The position numbers and the translations under genes were made by a program. From assembly GCA_963664395.2 (NCBI GenBank), contig OY761159.2:2336001-2400000 (forward strand): 64,000 bases of DNA, written 5' to 3'. Under the pieces are notes generated by a model. That model was not told the DNA's origin. It saw only the letters and a list, made by a program, of their open reading frames with translations, and did not search any database. How positions within the stretch are numbered: position 1 is the first letter of the stretch; each line of letters opens with the position of its first letter. Shown here piece after piece: positions 56,542 to 64,000 of this stretch. The stretch is from Candidatus Binatia bacterium. GTDB lineage: Bacteria; Desulfobacterota; Binatia; Bin18.

Positions 56542-59500
56542 TCAATCCCCGAAGGCTTCCTCTTCTTTTATTGGGGCTGGGACCGGAGGCGATTCTTGCG
56601 CCGGCTTACGGCGAAAAATTCGGCGTGGCAGGTTTCTCAGGGCCGGCATCGTGCGCCCTAGCCACGATTCGAGATCATCGAACAACGAATAGGCGACCGG
56701 GGTCACCAGCAAGGTGATCAATAGGCATAAACTCTGTCCGCCAATCACAACGACCGCAATGCCACGATGACTTTCCGCGGCCGGGCCCTGGCCGACCAGA
56801 ATCGGAATCATGCCGGCCACGAGGGCTAAGGTCGTCATCAGAATCGGGCGCAGGCGTTCTTTGTTGGCCCGTAGAATGGCCTCGTCGCGCGGCAGACCTT
56901 CGGCCCGCAAATTGATCGTATGGTCAATTTGCAGGATCGAATTTTTCTTCACAATCCCGAATAACAAGAGCATACCCAGAATCGCGAACAAACCTAAGTG
57001 CTGGCCGGCGATATACAGCGCCAGCAAGGCAAAGGGCACGGCCAGCGGCAAGGACAGCATGATCGTAATGGGGTGGAGAAAACTTTCAAACTGCGCGGCC
57101 AGGACCATATACATGCCGATGAGAGACAACAGAAAAGCAAACTGAAAGCTTTCCATCATCTCTTCAAACATCTTGCCCATGCCGGTCACCCCGGTGGTAT
57201 AGCCCAGCGGTAGGCCCATTTTCTCGACCTCGGCATCAATGTCTGCAATCGCGTCACCGAGCGCCTTGTCTTTGGCCAGGTTGCCGGTAACCGTAATCTG
57301 GCGCTGTCGGTCCTGGCGGTCAATTTGCACCGGACCAGTGCCTGGAATCAGATCGACAACATTACTTAATATGACCTGCCCAACAGACACCGACGGGATC
57401 GCGACCTGTTGAATCACCTCTGGTCGATTCCGACTCTCAGGCGTCAGGCGCAGGCGCACATCGTATAATTCATCGCCTTCGCGATAGGTCGTAATTTTCT
57501 CACCCGCGATCATAATACGCAGGGTCGAAGCAATATCCGCCGCCTCAATGCCGAGATCGGAAGATTTCTGTCGGTTCAGATGGACTTGGAGTTCGGGGCT
57601 CCCACCCTCGAACGTCGAGTCCACATCTCGCAGACCCGGCATGCGCTGTACGCGGGTTTTCAAATCTTCGGAATATCGTTGCAGCGTCAGCAGGTCCGGG
57701 CCGCGCAAGTTGTAAGAGACATCGACATTCTGGATCCCTCCACCACTGACCGGCAGTATCTGGTCTACACTAATGCGGAGGTTGGGAAAGCCTTGTATCT
57801 TCTCACGGGCCAAATCCATGATCTGACTCTGGTGGAGGGTCCGTTCCGAGTAATGCACGAGGGTGACGACAATTTTTGACTTGGTGACCGATTCGCCTAC
57901 GGTTGAACCAATCTCGGTCAGCAGATGGTTCACACCCGGAAGGGGATGAATTTCTTCCTCAATCTGGCGTGTCACGGCTTCAGTTTGGGCCAACGAATAG
58001 CCGGGCGGTGTCTTGATATTGATTTCAAACTCCCCCCGGTCGTCGCTGGCCATCAGGCTGGGGCGGACAAGACCTGCAATAAAAGGGGTAGAAGCAAACA
58101 CGCCCAGGGTGAGGCACACAATCACCCAGCGGTGGCGCATCGACCACTTCAGCATGGCCATATACGAACGATCAATGAGCCGGTAGAAGCGTGACTCGCG
58201 TGAGGAATGGGCCTGACCGGCAGCGTGCCCGTCAAGGTGTTTGGGCAGAAAGCGTGAGCACAGCATGGGCGTGAGGGTAAAGGCGACCAGCAGCGAGACC
58301 ATGATAGAGAACGCCATGGTAAACCCAAAGCTGCTCAGCCACATGCCGATGATCCCCTTGAGAAAGCCCACCGGAATGAAGATGACAACCAGAGACAAGG
58401 TTGTGGCGCTGACGGCCAAGCCGACCTCGGCCGTAGCGGCGCGCGCGGCTTCAAAGGCGTTCATGCCCTTTTCTTCGATATAGCGATAAATATTTTCCAG
58501 TACGACAATCGCGTCATCAATGACAATGCCCACGGCCAAAGTGAGCGCCAGCAGGGTGACACGATTGAGGGAATATCCGGCCGCGGCCAGCAGGGTGTAG
58601 GTCGAGATGATGGAAACCGGAATAGCGATGGCGGCAATGAGGGTTGAGCGCAGATTGCCGAGAAAGAAATACACAATAATGCTGGCAAACAGCGAGCCCA
58701 GGATGAGGTGCTGCTCGACCTCGTGCACCGAAGCTTTGACAAAATCCGACTGATCGCGCGTCACCAACGCTTCGACACCCGGCGGCAGGAGTTGCTGAAC
58801 ATCAACCAGGCGCTCCTTGACCGCTTCGACCGCGGCTACCGTGTTCGACCCGGACTGTTTGCGAATGATAAGAGACACGGCGTTCTTGCCGTCGTAGCGG
58901 GACAATGAGCGGGGCTCTTCAACGCCGTCTTCGACGCGGCCAATATCGGCCAGGGTGATAGGCACGCCGTCATTGGTGGCGACCACGATATCTTCGAACT
59001 CGCGGACCGATTTGACCCGTCCGAGCGTCCGCAGGATGGTCTCGCCGCTCTCTTGGGTGATGCGGCCGCCCGGAAATTCGACATTCTGCTTGGCCAGGGC
59101 CTCGGCGACGGTCCGGATTGCCAGCCCGTAGGCCTTGAGACGGTCGGGATCAACCAGGATATGAATTTCCCGTTTCCGCCCGCCTATTACATCGATGGCG
59201 CCGACTCCGGTCACCGACTCCAGCGGCTCTTTGACCTGATTCTCTGCGATTTCGGTCAGTTCTTTCAGACCGCGAAAGCCTGAGACGGTAATGGTGGCAA
59301 TAGGCGTGGCATCAATGTCGAACTTCTCGACAATCGGCGGGTCGGCATCTTCGGGCAGGTCGGCCAGGACCGTGCCCACCTTGTCGCGAACTTCCTGAGC
59401 GGCAATGCCGAGGTCTTTCTCCAGGACGAACTGCACAATAACTTGGGATAACCCCTCACGGGTGACTGACCGCAGCTCATCAATCCCGCTGACCGTGTTG

Positions 59501-59712
59501 ATGGCTTCCTCAATGACCTTGGTCACCTGGGCTTCAATCTCCTCCGGGCCGGCACCGGGCAGGGTGGTTGTCACCGTCACCACCGGCATTTCGACCTTGG
59601 GCATCAATTCCAGGGTGAGACTCTTGTAGGAAAACCAGCCTGCCACCACGAGCACTCCAATAAGCATGGTGGCAAAGACGGGCCGGCGAACACAGACATC
59701 GGCAAGAATCAT
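56542..59712 (-). CDS. RND efflux permease (AcrB/MdtB-like)
   Basis: RRPV, GIVIDDAIVVLEN, TLTPMLC, GIVKKNSIL and RLRPILMT. Confidence 0.95.
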   Translation of the reverse strand: MILADVCVRRPVFATMLIGVLVVAGWFSYKSLTLELMPKVEMPVVTVTTTLPGAGPEEIEAQVTKVIEEAINTVSGIDELRSVTREGLSQVIVQFVLEKDLGIAAQEVRDKVGTVLADLPEDADPPIVEKFDIDATPIATITVSGFRGLKELTEIAENQVKEPLESVTGVGAIDVIGGRKREIHILVDPDRLKAYGLAIRTVAEALAKQNVEFPGGRITQESGETILRTLGRVKSVREFEDIVVATNDGVPITLADIGRVEDGVEEPRSLSRYDGKNAVSLIIRKQSGSNTVAAVEAVKERLVDVQQLLPPGVEALVTRDQSDFVKASVHEVEQHLILGSLFASIIVYFFLGNLRSTLIAAIAIPVSIISTYTLLAAAGYSLNRVTLLALTLAVGIVIDDAIVVLENIYRYIEEKGMNAFEAARAATAEVGLAVSATTLSLVVIFIPVGFLKGIIGMWLSSFGFTMAFSIMVSLLVAFTLTPMLCSRFLPKHLDGHAAGQAHSSRESRFYRLIDRSYMAMLKWSMRHRWVIVCLTLGVFASTPFIAGLVRPSLMASDDRGEFEINIKTPPGYSLAQTEAVTRQIEEEIHPLPGVNHLLTEIGSTVGESVTKSKIVVTLVHYSERTLHQSQIMDLAREKIQGFPNLRISVDQILPVSGGGIQNVDVSYNLRGPDLLTLQRYSEDLKTRVQRMPGLRDVDSTFEGGSPELQVHLNRQKSSDLGIEAADIASTLRIMIAGEKITTYREGDELYDVRLRLTPESRNRPEVIQQVAIPSVSVGQVILSNVVDLIPGTGPVQIDRQDRQRQITVTGNLAKDKALGDAIADIDAEVEKMGLPLGYTTGVTGMGKMFEEMMESFQFAFLLSLIGMYMVLAAQFESFLHPITIMLSLPLAVPFALLALYIAGQHLGLFAILGMLLLFGIVKKNSILQIDHTINLRAEGLPRDEAILRANKERLRPILMTTLALVAGMIPILVGQGPAAESHRGIAVVVIGGQSLCLLITLLVTPVAYSLFDDLESWLGRTMPALRNLPRRIFRRKPAQESPPVPAPIKEEEAFGD

Positions 59713-59728
59713 ACGCTCTCCACAGGGC

Positions 59729-60855
59729 TCACTGGGCTTGAACGGTCGTATTCTCTTGAGCCTGAACGGCCTGAGCTTGCACGGTCATCCCATCAGCCAA
59801 ACGATTGAGGGCGCTGACAGCTACCGTTTCTCCGTCAGAGAGCCCTGTGGCAATTTCTATCCACTCCCCGTCCTCCATGCCCGAGGTGACACTTCGCGTG
59901 AGGTCACGACGTTATCCTGGACAATAAACACGCGCTCAACACCGGCAAAGCGCGTCAGGCCGGTTCGTGGAATGAAGAGGGCGTCTTCTTCTCCGAGCAC
60001 GCCGGTAATACGCGCAAAATATCCAGGGCGGAGTTTTCCATCCGGATTTGGGATCTCGGCTTCAATCAGGAGTGAACGTGTCTTGTGGTTCACCCGGGCG
60101 GCCATGCGGGTGAGGATCCCTTCAAAAACTTGTCCGGGCAGGGCTTCGACTTCAACCCGCAGCGACATGCCAGTCTCGGCCACCGCCGCAAATCGTTCCG
60201 GAACAGGGGAACGCAGCTTGAGGGGATGAACCACGACTAATTCAAGCAGGGGTGAGGCATCCTGCTTGTATTCGCCGGGATTCACAAAACGTTCCTGGAT
60301 AAAACCGTTGACTGGCGAAACAATACGGGTATCGCGCAGGCGTTTCCGAGCCAACGCAAGAATTTTTTCTGCGGTCCGTACTTTTGCCTCCGCTACTGCA
60401 TAGTCAGCTTCACTGATATCCAGCCGTTGCTCGGGAATCAGTTTTTCCGCGGCTAACTCCTTTACGCGTGCATGTTCAGCTCGTGCGCGGATGAAATTCG
60501 CTTCCGCTTGTTTGAGCGCACTTTCCTGCACTTCGACCTGCAGGGCAAGTTCTTCTCCCTCCATCTCCGCGAGCAGTTGTCCCTCTTCGACCTTGTCACC
60601 AAAGTCAACGTGGACCCGCTGGACATAGCCTTCCTTCTTATTTGACAGAATGACGCTCTCCTTGGCGAACAGCGCTCCCTGTCCCTGTCCGGTGCGCTGG
60701 ACGGTGCGCATGACGGGCTGAGTCACCTGTACGGTCAAGGCCGGTGGCAGGGCGGCGTCTTCCGGGGTTTTGGCCTCCGAGCCGGATGATTGACAGCCGG
60801 GCAAGAGACTCAGCAGAAGAAACGCCTGTCCGAGCATGAACACACACTGCTTCAC
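59729..60855 (-). pseudogene. RND membrane fusion protein (lipoprotein) with a frameshift near its C-terminus
   Basis: LPGC lipobox, GDKVEEGQLL, SPVNG and LRPG. The canonical tail (GEWIEIATGLSDGETV...LADG) is in another frame after a GT duplication at ~59889-59892. Confidence 0.8.
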
Positions 60856-61496
60856 GATACTGGCTCCTTATGGTTCTGATTCAGCACCCCGTTGAAAAAC
60901 AGATCGAGCAAAATACTGGCGTCCTCGGCGACCGGTCGCGCCGTCAGCCCCAACGTCCGTTGCTGAAAGCAGCCTCGAATCGCCTCGTTGAGGGCAAAGG
61001 CTGAGGCTTCGACATTATGGGGCCGAAAGACGCCCACACGGACGCCGTCCTGGATGATTTCTTCAATAAAATGGATATGGACAAGATACAGGTCGAGCAT
61101 ATGCGCCGCTTCCGGATGATTGGGTGAAGCGGCCAGAAAGTTCCGCTCCAGCAGCAGGGTCTTGAAGAAATCGCGATACGTATCGCTCAGTTCAAGGCTG
61201 GCCTCAATCAGACGTTGGAGCTTTTCAATCGGAGTCAGCGCCTCAGCGACTTGAGCGCGTAATTGACTGGTGAAATTCTGTATTCCCTGCTCCACAGCAG
61301 CGGTGAAGAGCCCATCTTTGTTCTGAAAATACAGATAGATGGTCCCCTTAGCGATATCAGCTTCCTCCGCAACGCGTTCAACCGTGGCCCCCTGAAACCC
61401 GTATAGGGCCACGACCCGGCACGCGGCATCCAAAATTTCACGGACTCGGAACTCGCGGAGTACATTCTCTTTTCTTGTGGCTGAACTTTTAGTCAT
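60852..61496 (-). CDS. TetR/AcrR-family regulator
   Basis: ILDAA...GFQGATVERVAEEADIAKGTIYLYFQNKDGL. Confidence 0.94.
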   Translation of the reverse strand: MTKSSATRKENVLREFRVREILDAACRVVALYGFQGATVERVAEEADIAKGTIYLYFQNKDGLFTAAVEQGIQNFTSQLRAQVAEALTPIEKLQRLIEASLELSDTYRDFFKTLLLERNFLAASPNHPEAAHMLDLYLVHIHFIEEIIQDGVRVGVFRPHNVEASAFALNEAIRGCFQQRTLGLTARPVAEDASILLDLFFNGVLNQNHKEPVS

Positions 61497-61532
61497 ATGA
61501 CTGACTATACAGTCATTCTGCATGCAGTACAA
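61497..61532 (-). promoter_or_regulatory. Sigma70 promoter with an overlapping palindromic operator; probable leaderless tetR mRNA
   Basis: Minus strand TTGTAC, 17 bp, TATAGT, then 7 nt to the ATG. Palindrome ATGACTG-N6-CAGTCAT at 61497-61516. Confidence 0.7.
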
Positions 61533-61601
61533 TACCGAACGGTTCGTGCTGCGTCTGTCTCTATAAAGAGGTGAGTGTATGAGGGCGAATCGGCCTATGG
61601 T

Positions 61602-64000
61602 TCAGGCGGCCCAACCCGCGGACAGCACCTCGGCCTGTTCCAGCACAGTCCGCGTCGCTCGTTCCTGCTTGTCGGGTGGATAACCGTGTTTACGCAGAAT
61701 GCGCTTGACCAGGCGACGCAGGTTGGCGCGGACATTCTCGCGCAGCGTCCAGTCTATGGTAACGTTGTTGCGTACCGTCTTCACCAACTCACGGGCGATA
61801 TCGCGCAGGGTTTCGTCGCCAAGCACCTGAACCGCGCTATCATTCGTTTCGAGCGCGTCGTAGAACGCGACCTCGTCTTCCGACAGGCCGAGTTTGTCGC
61901 CGCGCGCGCTTGCCTCGCGCAACTCCTGGGCAAGCTGGATCAGCTCTTCAATCACCTGCGCGGCTTCGACGGCCCGGTTCTGATAACGCCGCAGGGTTTG
62001 TTCCAGCATCTCGGCGAACGACCGCGCTTGGACAACGTTTTTCCGGCGGCGGACAGCGAGTTCGCCTTTCAATAATTTCTGCAACAGTTCGACCGCGAGG
62101 TTGCGCTGCGGCATATCTCGCACCTCGGCCAGGAATTCATCCGACAGGACCGAGATATCGGGCTTGTCCAGCCCGGCGGCGGAGAAGATGTCGATCACTC
62201 CTTCCGACGCCACCGCACGCGAAACGATCTGGCGCACCGCGTGGTCCAACTCTTCCTCGGGACGGGCATCGCCGGACACTCGTTTGGCGAGACTCCCCCG
62301 GACGGCCTGAAAGAACCCTATCTCGTCTCGAATGTGCAGCGCGGCTTCATGCGGGACGGCCAGGGCAAATGCCTGAGACAATTCTCGTACTGCGGCCAGG
62401 TAACGATCCTTGCCGTTCTCCTGGGCCAGGATATGTTCTTGCGCCGCCGGCAACAGGGCCAGCCGTTCCACCGGTGCGCCGGTGATCCATTTCGAGCGGT
62501 CAAAGCCGTGGAACAGATCGCAACAGACCTCATATTTCTCCCGCATCACGTCTACCGCTTGCTCCTGGTCGAATGCGGTTTCTCCAGTGCCGCCGCTCTG
62601 AGTGTAGGTCGCCAATGCACGTTTCAGTTCATGCGCCAGACCCAGATAATCCACTACCAGCCCGCCCGGCTTGTCCCGGAACACACGGTTGACCCGAGCG
62701 ATGGCCTGCATCAGGCCGTGGCCGCGCATGGGCTTGTCCACATACATGGTGTGCAGGCTCGGCGCATCAAAGCCGGTCAGCCACATGTCGCGCACCAGTA
62801 CCAGGCACAGCGAGTCGCCGGGGTCGCGGAAGCGTTTGGCCAATGCCTCGCGCTGCGACTTGGCGCGAATATGTGGCTGCCAAGCGGGAGGGTCGGATGC
62901 CGAACCGGTCATCACGACTTTAATCTGTCCCTTGTCATCTTCCTCCCGATGCCAGTCCGGGCGCAGCCGCACCAACTCACGGTACAGCTCGATGCAAATG
63001 CGCCGACTCATGCAGACGACCATGGCCTTGCCGTCGAGCGCTTCCAGGCGCTGCTCAAAGTGGGCGACGATATCCTGAGCGATCAGCTTCAAGCGCTTTT
63101 CAGTGCCGACAATCGCCTCAAGTTGCGCCCATTTGGTTTTAAGCTTCTCCTGACGAGCGATCTCCTCGCCTTCGGTTGCTTCCTCGAAGCCGGGATCAAT
63201 GTTCGGTCGCTCGCTCTCGTCGAGTGAGAGCTTGGCCAGCCGACTCTCGTAGTAGATTGGCACGGTAGCTTTATCCTCGACCGCCCGCTGAATATCGTAG
63301 ACGCTGATGTAGTCGCCGAACACGGCTCGGGTGTTGGCATCCTGCAACTCAATCGGCGTGCCGGTGAAGCCGACAAACGAGGCATGCGGCAAGGCGTCTC
63401 GCATATGCCGCGCGTAGCCGTCGATGAAGTCGTACTGGCTGCGGTGGGCCTCGTCGGCAATGACTACGATGTTGCGCCGCTCCGACAGCAATGGATGCTG
63501 GCCATCTTTCTCCTCTGGGAAGAACTTCTGAATGGTGGTAAAGACCACGCCGCCCGACTCGACGGCGAGCTTGGCGCGCAGGTCGGCCCGGCTTTCTGCC
63601 TGCATTGGCGGCTGGCGCAACAGGTCACGACAACGCGCGAACGTGCCAAAGAGTTGGTCGTCCAGGTCGTTGCGGTCGGTCAACACCACCACGGTCGGGT
63701 TCGCCATCGCCAGCTCACGGACGATGCGCCCGGCATAGAAGGCCATCGTCAGGCTCTTGCCCGACCCCTGGGTGTGCCACACCACGCCGATGCGCCGGTC
63801 GCCAGGCTCGCCTCCGGGTTTGCGGCCCGACTCATAACGGCCAAACCGCTCGACAACCTGCCCGGCCGCCAATTCCAACTCCGTAGCGCGTAGCGTCTCA
63901 GTAACGGCAACCCTGACCGCGTGGAGCTGGTGATAGCCGGCCATTTTCTTGACCAGGACGCCGCTGCCGTCATCCTCGAACACGATGAAGTCGCGGACCA
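61602..64000 (-). CDS. hsdR: Type I restriction enzyme subunit R (5' part outside the window)
   Basis: [45 protein letters not shown] and C-terminal GYPPD. Confidence 0.96.
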   Translation of the reverse strand, partial: VRDFIVFEDDGSGVLVKKMAGYHQLHAVRVAVTETLRATELELAAGQVVERFGRYESGRKPGGEPGDRRIGVVWHTQGSGKSLTMAFYAGRIVRELAMANPTVVVLTDRNDLDDQLFGTFARCRDLLRQPPMQAESRADLRAKLAVESGGVVFTTIQKFFPEEKDGQHPLLSERRNIVVIADEAHRSQYDFIDGYARHMRDALPHASFVGFTGTPIELQDANTRAVFGDYISVYDIQRAVEDKATVPIYYESRLAKLSLDESERPNIDPGFEEATEGEEIARQEKLKTKWAQLEAIVGTEKRLKLIAQDIVAHFEQRLEALDGKAMVVCMSRRICIELYRELVRLRPDWHREEDDKGQIKVVMTGSASDPPAWQPHIRAKSQREALAKRFRDPGDSLCLVLVRDMWLTGFDAPSLHTMYVDKPMRGHGLMQAIARVNRVFRDKPGGLVVDYLGLAHELKRALATYTQSGGTGETAFDQEQAVDVMREKYEVCCDLFHGFDRSKWITGAPVERLALLPAAQEHILAQENGKDRYLAAVRELSQAFALAVPHEAALHIRDEIGFFQAVRGSLAKRVSGDARPEEELDHAVRQIVSRAVASEGVIDIFSAAGLDKPDISVLSDEFLAEVRDMPQRNLAVELLQKLLKGELAVRRRKNVVQARSFAEMLEQTLRRYQNRAVEAAQVIEELIQLAQELREASARGDKLGLSEDEVAFYDALETNDSAVQVLGDETLRDIARELVKTVRNNVTIDWTLRENVRANLRRLVKRILRKHGYPPDKQERATRTVLEQAEVLSAGWAA

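Noticed and set aside
62241-63227. Long antisense ORFs (also 6558-7448, 36296-37027, 38308-39195)
   Set aside because: They are shadows of well-supported opposite-strand genes, as expected in GC-rich DNA.

Overview
A bacterial chromosome segment with high GC, roughly 58-60% by eye. It has three zones. (1) About 8-28 kb is core housekeeping: mltG, an M23 peptidase, rplU-rpmA-obgE-proB-proA-nadD-rsfS, fabF-fabH, S2P-trpS-scpA-scpB-rluB and tRNA-fMet, with a lone phnA inserted. (2) About 0.6-8 kb and 28-47 kb are catabolic: a single-chain acyl-CoA carboxylase, crotonases, hydrolases, an amidase, a two-subunit N,N-dimethylformamidase-like enzyme, four LLM (three probably F420-dependent) oxidoreductases and an FprA-like reductase. 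(3) About 47-64 kb is an accessory patchwork: vapBC inside a 64-bp direct repeat, a PLD-family gene, a GIY-YIG gene, a divergent copper membrane monooxygenase operon (xmoC-A-B, pMMO/AMO family), a serine hydrolase fusion, an XRE regulator, TetR-MFP-RND efflux genes and a partial type I HsdR. The main finding is the divergent CuMMO operon. Its CuB, CuC and CuD ligands appear intact, but xmoC has an amber stop at codon 5 after its best ribosome-binding site and xmoB has an apparent 1-nt frame break in its signal peptide. Other findings are a four-copy ~54-bp inverted-repeat element that supplies the stop codons of two genes, and further lesions nearby (PLD nonsense codon, MFP frameshift). Gene order and content suggest a Binatia-like deltaproteobacterial lineage; this is inference only. 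All family assignments come from motif recognition, as no database search was run.
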